Positions 7,586-16,758 are shown, numbered from the stretch's first letter. The stretch is DNA of 19,972 bases from Fibrobacteria bacterium (GCA_037447435.1 JBBIGR010000063.1:1-19972); one strand, 5' to 3'. The notes: generated by a model not told the origin, from the letters alone. Made by a program: numbers and translations.

Positions 7586-9478
7586 TTATTGGTTTGGTTT
7601 AGGGTTTTTATCCGGTTTCGGCGGATTCGCTGCCGCCACTATTTGTTTTCCTTCGGGAATGTTCGCGAAGAAATAACGCATCACGGCACCGGCAACGGGC
7701 GCAGCCACGCTGCCGCCGTGCCCCGCATTTTCAAGAACCGCCGAAACCGCAATTACCGGATCGTCAATAGGCGCGCAGCCCATAAACAGGGCATGCGTTC
7801 TGTCGCCGCGCACTGTTTCCGCGCTTCCCGTTTTTCCGCCGACCTTCACGCCCGGAACGTTCGCTCTTCCGCCGGTACCTCCGGCAGTCATCACTTCGTA
7901 AAGCGCCTTATGCAGCGTTGCAATTATCGAAGAGTCAAGCGATAGTTTCTTAAAGATTGTCGGCGATTGCTGCGCAATAACCATTCCGTCCATAGACCGG
8001 ACCTCTTTCATAAGATACGGCCTGAATACCTCGTGTCCGTTGCCGAGGCCGCCGATGAGCGACGCCAATTGTATCGGCGTGACCAGCTGGGTTTGACCTA
8101 TTGCCATATCCATAAGCAAGCCTCGCGTCCAAACCCATCCTCGTTTTGCAAATTTTTTATTGTATTCGGCTTCACCGGAAAGCCAGCCGGATTTTTCGCC
8201 GGGCAAATCGATTCCCGTTGGTGAGCCGAGCCCGAACATGGTCGCCGCATTGTTGATGATATCATCGCCAAGCCGCAGTCCGACCTGATAAAAATAAACA
8301 TCGCATGATTGCTTGACGGCACCGATCAAATCGAGCGACCCGTGGCCTCGCGGGTCCCAACAATGAGCAACTCGTCCGCCAAGCCGGTAACTTCCATGAC
8401 AGGGCGTGGGCATCCGGGAATCCTGCGACAACTTGCCGCTTAATAACCCGGCAGCCGATGATACGAGCTTAAACGTCGAACCCGGGGTATAGGTCCCTGA
8501 AATGGTTCTGTTGTTCAAAGGCAATGCGGGATCAAGTGCGATGGTTCCCCAGTTTTTCGATCTCAATTGCGCCGAGGCCGAGAATATGTTCGGATCGACC
8601 GAGGGGCTCGAATACATTGCCAAAACCGCTCCGTCGCGGGGGTCGATCGCGACAACCGCGCCTTTAAGGGTATCGGGAAACGAATCCGCAGTCACTTTTT
8701 GGATATTATAGTCGATGGTAAGGTACATATTGCCGCCCGGCACGGGATCATTTCTCGGCATATTGGCGATAGGTCCCAGACTCTTGCCGTATGCGTTGAC
8801 TTCGATGAATTCCTGCCCATCTTTACCCCTAAGAATTTCCTCGTATTGCCGTTCGATGCCGGCCTTTCCGATGACGTCGCCGAAATGATAGCCGAGGTTT
8901 TTAAGCGAATCGAATTGGGTCTCGGGAATTTCGCTCATATACCCCAGTACGTGAAAAGCCTTTGAGCCGAGCGTATATTCGCGACGCGATTCCGTTTCGA
9001 CGATGATTCCGGGCAATTCCATCGAATGCTCTTCGACGATGGAAACGATTTCAAGCGATACGTCTTCTTTGAGCCGACCCGGGTCGAACCGGCGGTGATT
9101 GGCAAGCTGGAATCCTTGGATGAGTTCGAGGCTGTCGAACACCGCTTTGCCCCGGGAATCGTGGATTTTCAAAAGATTGTTGATGATGGGAAGGCGTTTC
9201 TTTATCTTGTAGGGAAGGACGCATATCGAATACGACGGGCGATTACGGGCAAGAACCTGACCGTTTCTGTCGAAAATCAATCCGCGCGGGGCTTTGATGA
9301 CATGTTGCTGCATTCCGTTTTCCCGCGACAGGCGGATATTGAGATCGGCCTGGATTACTTGTAAATAGACGAGCCTGACGGCGAGCACCGAAAACAATAC
9401 CGCAACGACAATGCACAGCCTTACGCTTTTGGTGGTGCGTTCCTGCTGTTCGTCAAGAAATTGCGAACTTCGGGGCAT
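7586..9478 (-). CDS. mrdA: Penicillin-binding protein 2
   Basis: N-terminal TM, APRGLIFDRNG, GKAGIERQYE and the transpeptidase motifs STFK, SCD (SxD as in PBP2) and KTG. It lies between mreD and rodA. Confidence 0.95.
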   Translation of the reverse strand: MPRSSQFLDEQQERTTKSVRLCIVVAVLFSVLAVRLVYLQVIQADLNIRLSRENGMQQHVIKAPRGLIFDRNGQVLARNRPSYSICVLPYKIKKRLPIINNLLKIHDSRGKAVFDSLELIQGFQLANHRRFDPGRLKEDVSLEIVSIVEEHSMELPGIIVETESRREYTLGSKAFHVLGYMSEIPETQFDSLKNLGYHFGDVIGKAGIERQYEEILRGKDGQEFIEVNAYGKSLGPIANMPRNDPVPGGNMYLTIDYNIQKVTADSFPDTLKGAVVAIDPRDGAVLAMYSSPSVDPNIFSASAQLRSKNWGTIALDPALPLNNRTISGTYTPGSTFKLVSSAAGLLSGKLSQDSRMPTPCHGSYRLGGRVAHCWDPRGHGSLDLIGAVKQSCDVYFYQVGLRLGDDIINNAATMFGLGSPTGIDLPGEKSGWLSGEAEYNKKFAKRGWVWTRGLLMDMAIGQTQLVTPIQLASLIGGLGNGHEVFRPYLMKEVRSMDGMVIAQQSPTIFKKLSLDSSIIATLHKALYEVMTAGGTGGRANVPGVKVGGKTGSAETVRGDRTHALFMGCAPIDDPVIAVSAVLENAGHGGSVAAPVAGAVMRYFFANIPEGKQIVAAANPPKPDKNPKPNQ

Positions 9479-9487
9479 GGTTTCGCG

Positions 9488-9985
9488 CTATTTCCTTATG
9501 GCGGGTTTAGGAATAAGTTCCCATATGTAAAATAACACGGCAAAGACTATCGAGTATAATGCACGGGGCAAGCTTTTTACGAAAAGTCCGGCAAACAGGG
9601 TGGCAATGGGGTCGCCGAGTTTGATAATTTGAATTATAAAATACAGCGCGTCGTGTATAAGGAACGCGACGAACAACAAAGCTGTTTTAATGAAAGGATC
9701 GCTTCTCATCATTCGTTCGTTGAACAGGCCGATGAACGCTCCGGCAATTGTTTTTGTCAAAGCATTTTGTCCTAAAAGGGAAGGGGAATAAAGGTCCTGC
9801 CCGAGGCCGAGGGCAAAACCGACGAAAATCCCGGGCATCACGCCGTATTTGATTGAAAAAAAGAACAAGGCGACCATAAGAAGGTCCGGCTTGATGCCGG
9901 CTACGGTTATGATCGGCACAAAGGATGTCTGCAGTATCAGCGACCCCATGAAAACGATTACCCATTTGATTATATCGGAAATCAC
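9488..9985 (-). CDS. mreD: Rod shape-determining protein MreD
   Basis: Very hydrophobic 165 aa with LQT...KPDL and G..GLGQDL motifs. The GTG start overlaps the mreC stop (GTGA). Confidence 0.92.
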   Translation of the reverse strand: MISDIIKWVIVFMGSLILQTSFVPIITVAGIKPDLLMVALFFFSIKYGVMPGIFVGFALGLGQDLYSPSLLGQNALTKTIAGAFIGLFNERMMRSDPFIKTALLFVAFLIHDALYFIIQIIKLGDPIATLFAGLFVKSLPRALYSIVFAVLFYIWELIPKPAIRK

Positions 9986-10836
9986 GGTTGGGCCGTCCCT
10001 TTTGCTGAAATTGTTTCCAATGAGTCAAGTTCCTGTTTGAACGATGCCCATTGCGGCGGCAGTTTTATGACGAAAACCTCTTCAAGCCGGTCGAAATTGA
10101 CTTCGGGAGAGATGATCGCTTTTTTGAAAATCGGATCCCTGTTTTCGGTCAGCTTTTTCACCTGACCCGCCAAAAGCCCGCGGGGATAAATGCCGCCGAG
10201 CCCGGAGGTGATGATGGTGTCCCCGACATTGACATCGGCATGGGCGCGGAACATTATGAAAAAGTCGTCCCCGTTATCGGTTTCAAGAATGCCGATTTCC
10301 CTTGACCGTTGCACCATAACGCTCGTCCTGTTCGCAGGGTCGAGCATCAGTTGCACCAGGCTCATCCGGCCCATGACCTGGATGATTTTTCCTGCGGCGC
10401 CTCTGCCCGTCATGACCGGCATATACGGCAAAATCCCCTGGTCTTTTCCCACATTGATTATTGCGCTTCTGGAAACGAACGACGGGTCTCTGACAACGAC
10501 CCGGGCCGGAACCAGCGTATACGGGTATTGCTGCGAAATCGAAAGCATTCCAGTGAGACGGTCGTTTTCCTTGCCGCATTCCGACAATTGCGCAACGCGT
10601 ACGGAAAGTCCGGCGATTTCGTTTTTAAGCGAACGGTTTTCGGCAAAGACGTTTTTTATCCGTGTCGTTTGGGTAAAATAAAATTGAAACGGATAAAAAA
10701 CCGAATAGGTAAGTAAGCGCGCGATGTTTTGCTGCTGGCCCGGATTGCTCGACAGCATCAAGAAACTCGCCACCACGGTCGCGCACAGCGACGTGAGATT
10801 GCGATGGGAAACAAAGAAACGGATTATCCACTGCAT
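9982..10836 (-). CDS. mreC: Rod shape-determining protein MreC
   Basis: N-terminal TM, coiled coil (ENRSLK...ENDRL), INVGKDQG, GDTIITSGLGGIYPRGL and FDRLEEV. Confidence 0.95.
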   Translation of the reverse strand: MQWIIRFFVSHRNLTSLCATVVASFLMLSSNPGQQQNIARLLTYSVFYPFQFYFTQTTRIKNVFAENRSLKNEIAGLSVRVAQLSECGKENDRLTGMLSISQQYPYTLVPARVVVRDPSFVSRSAIINVGKDQGILPYMPVMTGRGAAGKIIQVMGRMSLVQLMLDPANRTSVMVQRSREIGILETDNGDDFFIMFRAHADVNVGDTIITSGLGGIYPRGLLAGQVKKLTENRDPIFKKAIISPEVNFDRLEEVFVIKLPPQWASFKQELDSLETISAKGTAQP

Positions 10837-10848
10837 TGCGGTTGCGCT

Positions 10849-11880
10849 TTACCGTCTGCGGCCGGTATTGAGAAGCACCGGTTTATACATTTCAAGGTTT
10901 TCAATGATTTTCAGCGCGCCGCGCGCAACGCATGTCAACGGATCGTCGATGACGTTTACCGGCAAATTCGTTTCTTGGCGCAAACGTTCGTCAAGGCCCC
11001 TCAAGAGGGAACTTCCGCCGGTCATTATGATTCCTTTGTCAAGGATGTCGGCCGAAAGCTCGGGCGGAGTCTGTTCGAGAGCCTGCTTGACTGCTTCAAC
11101 GATGGTGGAAATCGGTTCATTGAGCGCGTCGCGTATTTCCGTAGAGGTGATACGCAATGTTTTGGGAATACCGGCGACAAGGTCTCTTCCCTTGACTTCC
11201 ATTTCAAGTTCGTCTTCAAGGGGGAACGCCGAGCCGATTTGTATTTTGATTTGTTCGGCCGTGCTTTCGCCGATCAACAGATTATACGTTTTCTTCAAGT
11301 ACGAAACAATCGCTTCGTCCATTTCATCGCCGCCGACCCTAACCGACATATCGCAGACCATGCCGTAGAGCGCGATGACCGCGATTTCGGCGGTTCCGCC
11401 GCCGATGTCAATGACCATATTTCCCGAAGGCTCATTGACGGGTATGCCCATTCCGATGGCCGAAGACATGGGTTCGGCGACCAAATATACCTCCCGAACA
11501 CCGGCGCTTTCCGCAGAATCAATAACGGCGCGTTTTTCTACTTCGGTAATTCCGGAAGGAACGCCGATGACCGCGCGGGGCCGGAAAAAGGAAGGATATT
11601 TTTGAACTTTTTTTATGAAATGTTTGAGCATTTCCTCGACAAGATCGAAGTCGGCAATGACGCCGTCTTTCATCGGTCTGATTGCTTCGATTTCACCGGG
11701 TGTGCGGCCAAGCATCCGTTTTGCTTCAAGACCGAAAGCCTTAACATTTTTGGAATTTCTGTCAAGGGCCACAACGGAAGGTTCATCAATAAGCAACCCT
11801 CTGCCGCTCACGTAAATAAGTGTGTTCGCAGTTCCGAGATCAATACCTAAATCGTTGGATAAAAATGGAAAAAGACCCAT
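10849..11880 (-). CDS. mreB: Rod shape-determining protein MreB (actin-like ATPase)
   Basis: GIDLGTANTLIY, EPSVVA, RPMKDGVIADF, VIDIGGGT, KGRDL..G.PK, TGG.SLL, DPLTCVARG. Confidence 0.98.
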   Translation of the reverse strand: MGLFPFLSNDLGIDLGTANTLIYVSGRGLLIDEPSVVALDRNSKNVKAFGLEAKRMLGRTPGEIEAIRPMKDGVIADFDLVEEMLKHFIKKVQKYPSFFRPRAVIGVPSGITEVEKRAVIDSAESAGVREVYLVAEPMSSAIGMGIPVNEPSGNMVIDIGGGTAEIAVIALYGMVCDMSVRVGGDEMDEAIVSYLKKTYNLLIGESTAEQIKIQIGSAFPLEDELEMEVKGRDLVAGIPKTLRITSTEIRDALNEPISTIVEAVKQALEQTPPELSADILDKGIIMTGGSSLLRGLDERLRQETNLPVNVIDDPLTCVARGALKIIENLEMYKPVLLNTGRRR

Positions 11881-12080
11881 ATGATAAGCCTCGAATATGA
11901 CAAAGAGTGGAATTATTTAACTAATCAAGAACAGGAGTTAAATGCGCTTTGGGCTTTAAAAAATAAGAAGTTACGACACGTAACCAAGCACACCTCTCCA
12001 AAGCGAAAATATACAATAATAACAGTAATTTGTGTATAGAAATGTTAGGACGACAATATAAATCCTTAAATCAGCCGTTT

Positions 12081-13328
12081 TTACCGCTTTTTCGGCGCAG
12101 ATTTTGGCTCGACTGCAGTTGAATCCGCCGGCTGTATGCTTTTTGTCGTATCGGGCGATACGGAGCCGCTCTTTACGCCGACCGAATCCGTTTTGTGAAC
12201 AACCGGCAAGGAATCTGATTTGACAATTTTCGATTTGCTGTCCGCGGTATCTTTGAGAGAATCCGGTTTGTCAAACGCAGGTTTACTTGTGGGTATGGTC
12301 CGGTTCGCGGGGACGCCCGACACCGTGTTTTTCGGGGCAACGGCCGCGGGTTTCTTTAGCGTATAGGTAAGGTCGATGAACGGCCGGGCCTCGTAATCGT
12401 CGACATATTTTGCGACCGCAACGGCAATGTCTAATGTCAACATGGAAAGCGACAGCCCCGCGCCGGCGGTAAACAGTTCCGTGTCGAAATTGAATCGTTT
12501 CCCGACGCGTATGGCGGCAAACGACGCGGGCCAAAATTCTATCCCGATGGGAACGGTTAGGCGGTTGAATCGATTGATTAATGATTCGCCCTTGACGCCG
12601 ACATCGCGGTATACGGCATCGCCGGTTACGGTTATTCCCATATGAAAAATGCTGTCGGAATAGGCGATTCCGAATCTACCGCTTCTCGGCAAAGCGTATC
12701 CTTGCCCGAGGTTCGCGGAATTTTCATCGTATCCGGTAGTGGCGCCTAACTGCAAAGCGCTTATACCCAAATTTATTTTTTTATTTACCGTATAGGTCAT
12801 TCCCGCGCTCACGCTGATGCCGTATGCGGAGAACGACGCGATGCGTTCTTCCAATCCGTTAAGCGTTATGCCGAAACCGAAGTTATCTGCGATAAATCCA
12901 AAATTCAATGAAGCCATGCTGCCGTCATAGGAAAACTGAGTCTCGGGGTTTGTTCCTTGAATTCCCGCAGGAATGATTCCGTCGACAAAATGGTTCGTAA
13001 TATTTGCGCCGAAGAACATGTTGTCCAGCGACCAGCTTCCCTGCGCATGGGCTATGGTAAAATCGAACGGCATGGGTGCATAGCCGATATTGAGATTCGT
13101 TTTCCGGTCCAACGCCGGAGCGGCCGGATTATAGTATGCAAAACCGTTTTCTCCCAAAGCCGTGCCGCCCGAGCCCAAAGCGACATTCCTTGCCGATGGT
13201 GCAATGTCAAGAAATTGAAATCCTGAATTTGCCGCCGTAGAGTCGACGCCGCCATACGCGCCGAAGAACAGGCTTGCGGAAAAACCCAAGGCCAAAAAAA
13301 GCGAACATACTGATTGTTTTATTTTCAT
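12081..13328 (-). CDS. PorV/PorQ-like (FadL-type) outer-membrane beta-barrel with a low-complexity C-terminal tail
   Basis: Signal peptide, an N-terminal hatch motif FLDIAPSARNVALG...YYNPAA, amphipathic beta-strands ending at PFIDLTY, then about 90 aa rich in P/K/D/S/T/A. The start was set at ATG 13328 (MKIK). Confidence 0.7.
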   Translation of the reverse strand: MKIKQSVCSLFLALGFSASLFFGAYGGVDSTAANSGFQFLDIAPSARNVALGSGGTALGENGFAYYNPAAPALDRKTNLNIGYAPMPFDFTIAHAQGSWSLDNMFFGANITNHFVDGIIPAGIQGTNPETQFSYDGSMASLNFGFIADNFGFGITLNGLEERIASFSAYGISVSAGMTYTVNKKINLGISALQLGATTGYDENSANLGQGYALPRSGRFGIAYSDSIFHMGITVTGDAVYRDVGVKGESLINRFNRLTVPIGIEFWPASFAAIRVGKRFNFDTELFTAGAGLSLSMLTLDIAVAVAKYVDDYEARPFIDLTYTLKKPAAVAPKNTVSGVPANRTIPTSKPAFDKPDSLKDTADSKSKIVKSDSLPVVHKTDSVGVKSGSVSPDTTKSIQPADSTAVEPKSAPKKR

Positions 13329-13456
13329 AATGGAATACAAAGATACATTAAATTAAAGGTACGGGTAACAGCCAACGGCAAAGCCGGTAAAAACGAATCG
13401 GATCCCCACCGTATCATACATGCCTCAATTCACGCCTAGTTACGGATATGTCAAAA

Positions 13457-14563
13457 TCAGAATTTGTATACAAAATCAAGCATTTGGTCCAATCCGGCCC
13501 ATACTTTGTCGGTTGCCGCGCTATAATTGATCGTTATGGGTTTTTTGAACAATGCGACATCCCAGCCGAACCCTCCGGTGATTCTGAAGCCGAAGTTACG
13601 CCAATAATCCGTTGACGCGTCGTAAATATCGCGATTGATCGCGATGTCATTAATACCCAGTCTCAGGCAAAACGTTTGCCACCGTTGCCATTGCGCGCCG
13701 GCGTTAATATGGGCTTCCATATGGTCAAGTTTTGTAAATGACCCGTCGAAAAGGTAGCCGTCGATATCGCAAGACAATCGAAGCGGCTTACCGTATAAGC
13801 GGTGCTTGAAAACCGCACCCAAAACAAGTGCCGGTAAAATTTCGTCGGTCACGGTCGTATTATACGAATCCGGCGAAACGAGTTGCCAATTCATGGTGAT
13901 GCTTGCCGGGCGGCCGCTGAGTCCTTGCAACGGGTCAATATCCCGCAATACGAGGCCGAGGCTGAGGCTGTCCGCAACGCGATATTGCATGCCGAGAGAG
14001 AATCCGCTTACCGAGGTCGCGTCCGAATAATTCAATGACGTTTGGTTGCCGGATTCGGTAAACGATTCGTTATACGACGTCGGCAAACTCTGATAAAAAA
14101 CGCCGAAAGAAAGGCCCAAGGATAATTTCCGCGTGACAAGATAGCTTAAGGCAGCTTTGATCGTGAGCGTCGTGAAAGAGGCGGTCTCAAGCTTTGTCTC
14201 GTCCAGCGTGTATAAATTGTCGATGACTTGGTCGCCGCGGTATAAAGCGCAAAGGCCGATGCCGACGCGCGGCGGCAATTTGAATTCGAACGAACCGAAA
14301 GCCTCGGTCCTACCGAGCGAATACAATCCGGTCCCTAATGTAAATATGCTTTTGTTTAAATTCGAAAGTTGTGCCGGGTTCCACCACGTCGAAAGATATT
14401 GCGGTTCCGCCGTTTGGCTGCCGCCGCAGGCGGTCATGGCCGCACCGACCGGTGCCCGAAGATACGCTCCGGCCTCTCCGCCGACTTGGCACATGCATTC
14501 CCCAAGGATACAAACGACAAAAATAAAAGACCCCAGAATCCGGGGCGTCTTATTTTGCAACAA
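13457..14563 (-). CDS. Second PorV/PorQ-like outer-membrane beta-barrel
   Basis: GGEAGAYLRAPVGAAMTACGGSQTA...WWNPAQL is a diverged hatch motif, followed by amphipathic strands and a canonical C-terminal beta-signal (LDFVYKF). The start is probably TTG at 14563 or 14560, coupled to the upstream stop and giving a signal peptide, rather than 14665. Confidence 0.65.
   Translation of the reverse strand: MLQNKTPRILGSFIFVVCILGECMCQVGGEAGAYLRAPVGAAMTACGGSQTAEPQYLSTWWNPAQLSNLNKSIFTLGTGLYSLGRTEAFGSFEFKLPPRVGIGLCALYRGDQVIDNLYTLDETKLETASFTTLTIKAALSYLVTRKLSLGLSFGVFYQSLPTSYNESFTESGNQTSLNYSDATSVSGFSLGMQYRVADSLSLGLVLRDIDPLQGLSGRPASITMNWQLVSPDSYNTTVTDEILPALVLGAVFKHRLYGKPLRLSCDIDGYLFDGSFTKLDHMEAHINAGAQWQRWQTFCLRLGINDIAINRDIYDASTDYWRNFGFRITGGFGWDVALFKKPITINYSAATDKVWAGLDQMLDFVYKF
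14519..14551 (-). terminator. Terminator-like hairpin at the junction between the propeller gene and the barrel gene
   Basis: The minus strand reads AAGACG-CCCCGG-ATT-CTGGGG-TCTT-TTATTTTT, starting at the stop codon of 14550..16136. Confidence 0.4.
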
Positions 14564-16136
14564 TGATTTTTCCAAAAGCGCGTTCCCCACTTTTTGCAGA
14601 AATTTTGTAGTAATAAACGCCGACGGCAACCCGTTTACCCGAACTGTTTTTACCGTCCCAAACATCTTCTTTTCTATTGGTGCTCCTGCCGTTGCCTAAA
14701 GGATCGTCTTTTGCGGCAGGGCGCGGCCTGTTGACGATTACGTCTTTGACAAAATTCATGTTCCAGTCGTAAATGGAAATAGTCACGTCGGACGCCTGAG
14801 ACAAACTGTACGTAAAAACGGTTTGCGCCGCATCAGGGGATTGCGACCTGTCGGAGAACAAAATGCCCGGCACCGCGTAGGCTTCTTTGAGACCGCTTTG
14901 GATCTTTCGCTCGCGATGGACATAATTGAACGGTACGTTCGCGCGTTCGTCAATCTCCTCATGACGGGAGAAAAACAGCCCGTTATTAACCGTGCTTGCC
15001 GACGAATACGTTCCGATCCATAAAGCTCCTGCCGAATCGTTTTTCGAAAGATATGCGATGTCGGTGATCAAATCGGGCGTATTGTAATTCATGCTTATGG
15101 AAATTCTGGTTCCAAACGACGATGCCTGCACCGCGGTGTCGGTTTTTGCACCGGAAAGTTTACGGATTTTATCGGAACTCGAACTGCTTAATAAAAGATA
15201 GGCGGTACTGTCAGGACCAAAGGCTACCGATGAAACGTCGGAAGCAACGGGTACCCATTTTTTCTGAACCGAATTGTATCGGCACAGCTGCGGCTTTTCC
15301 AAATCCTTTACCGCGATGCTCGCAAAAATAAAGGGGCTGTTCGGACTGCCGAAAATGTTTTTAAATTCGCTAAAGGTCATGGTATTGTCGGATATCGTGT
15401 TTGTCAAAGAATCCCAGCTAGTGTCCCGCGGGTTGAAAAGGAACACGGTATTCGAGGTCATCGCCATAATTACCGCATTTCCCGCAGAGCCTTTGCAAAC
15501 CGCCACGCCGGAAATTCTTTTTTGCAAAAGACCGGCGCTGTCTTTGATTCCGAAAGAGTCGAGAGATATTTCCGAAGGAGCAAAACTTTTCGTTTTACCG
15601 GGGAAATAAGCGCGAAAAGATTTTTGGCCCGGGTCGAACCGGACCAAGCCGCCGTCGTTGTTTGCAAGCCAGAAATAACCGTTGCCGTACGTCACCGCAC
15701 CGGCCATGAAATCGGCATTGCTTTTTACCGCGGGCGACGTAATGAGATTGCCGTTGAAATCCGCGCTCGCACTGTCGTAGGATTTATTCGAATGATTGTA
15801 GAACCACAGTTTATTTATAGTTTGACCGTTTGTCGTATCGAGACACAGTACGACCGTTTTGCTCCCAAACGCCATAGACAGGGCCCGAAACGATGTTTTT
15901 AATCCAAGCCAGGTCAGGGTATCGGAAGCGGCAATGGTCGTGTTGATACCCTGGTCGGTGAGCATCCACAACGTATCGCCGTTCCCCGCAAATCCCAGAA
16001 TATTGTTGCTGGTAATTTCTTTTGTCGGTAAATCGGCAGCCGTCGCCAAACCAGGGGCAAAACACGAAAATACGACCGTCGCGATAAGGGCCGATCCCAA
16101 TCCGCGTCGTTTCGCACGTAAATTATCTTTGGTCAA
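14550..16136 (-). CDS. Exported beta-propeller protein with a C-terminal FlgD-Ig / T9SS CTD-like domain (PorZ-like architecture)
   Basis: Signal peptide, propeller-type repeats (DTLWMLTDQGI, YFWLANNDGGLVRFD, ALWIGT...GLF) and the C-terminus VTISIYD...VWDGKNSSGKRVAVGVYYYKI...GKIIVAK. Confidence 0.7.
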   Translation of the reverse strand: MTKDNLRAKRRGLGSALIATVVFSCFAPGLATAADLPTKEITSNNILGFAGNGDTLWMLTDQGINTTIAASDTLTWLGLKTSFRALSMAFGSKTVVLCLDTTNGQTINKLWFYNHSNKSYDSASADFNGNLITSPAVKSNADFMAGAVTYGNGYFWLANNDGGLVRFDPGQKSFRAYFPGKTKSFAPSEISLDSFGIKDSAGLLQKRISGVAVCKGSAGNAVIMAMTSNTVFLFNPRDTSWDSLTNTISDNTMTFSEFKNIFGSPNSPFIFASIAVKDLEKPQLCRYNSVQKKWVPVASDVSSVAFGPDSTAYLLLSSSSSDKIRKLSGAKTDTAVQASSFGTRISISMNYNTPDLITDIAYLSKNDSAGALWIGTYSSASTVNNGLFFSRHEEIDERANVPFNYVHRERKIQSGLKEAYAVPGILFSDRSQSPDAAQTVFTYSLSQASDVTISIYDWNMNFVKDVIVNRPRPAAKDDPLGNGRSTNRKEDVWDGKNSSGKRVAVGVYYYKISAKSGERAFGKIIVAK

Positions 16137-16758
16137 TTATACGGGCTCCTTTTGGAATGGAAAAAGAAAATAGTGCAGGGTTTTGTTTCGAAAATGAAGT
16201 ACCGTGAAACGAATAGGTGCTTTCGTTTCCCGATTTATCTATGACAAAAAGCCGCAAAACCGTTGCTTTTTTATTGTCGACGGTCAACACGACTTTCCTG
16301 GCTTCGCCTTTTGCCGGTATTGAGCCGTTGCCCGCGCTCCATTCGAAAACGGTTTCATTTTTATTCGGCAGTTTCGCCGCAAGCGGGTAGCTTGAAAGGT
16401 ATTTGGCGATGAGTCCCGACGGTAAAGAAGATTGATCGATAGCGGTCAATTTAGAAATTACGACCTGTGAAAGCTTGCTGTCGTACTGCCAAAACGTTTC
16501 ACCGTCGCAAACCCATTGTCCGGAGCCGAAAGAGACATTGAATTTATTGTCCGGAGCTAATTGTATTTTGCCCTGTTTGTTTTCTTTTTTTTCGCGGATT
16601 TTCCAATCGATGGAAAGGTCGAACGACGTGGTGAGGCAAACCGATCCGTCGTAATTGCGGGCCACTTGCTTCAGCAAAGGCGAATCTTGACAGTATGTAC
16701 TCGGCACCGAAGCGATCAAAAATAAAAATACGGTCCTTACATTCAAGCGTGGTTTCAA
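16123..16758 (-). CDS. lolA: Outer-membrane lipoprotein carrier LolA family protein
   Basis: Signal peptide, G.I.L...NKF, VCDGETFWQYD...QVVI, D..GN...Y.F and FSFSIPKGARIIDQR. It is directly downstream of ftsK, a known conserved adjacency. Confidence 0.85.
   Translation of the reverse strand: MKPRLNVRTVFLFLIASVPSTYCQDSPLLKQVARNYDGSVCLTTSFDLSIDWKIREKKENKQGKIQLAPDNKFNVSFGSGQWVCDGETFWQYDSKLSQVVISKLTAIDQSSLPSGLIAKYLSSYPLAAKLPNKNETVFEWSAGNGSIPAKGEARKVVLTVDNKKATVLRLFVIDKSGNESTYSFHGTSFSKQNPALFSFSIPKGARIIDQR

Noticed and set aside
10729..11850. 373-aa plus-strand ORF, and many other plus-strand ORFs such as 1363..2067 and 799..1341
   Set aside because: They are antisense shadows of well-supported genes (mreB, the NtrC-family gene and others) with no recognisable motifs.
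14564..14665. Long N-terminal extension of the second barrel overlapping the upstream gene by more than 100 nt
   Set aside because: A TTG at 14563/14560 gives a normal signal peptide and a short coupling overlap. The track's longer starts for ftsK, lgt, the ThiD2-like gene and the kinase were trimmed for similar reasons.
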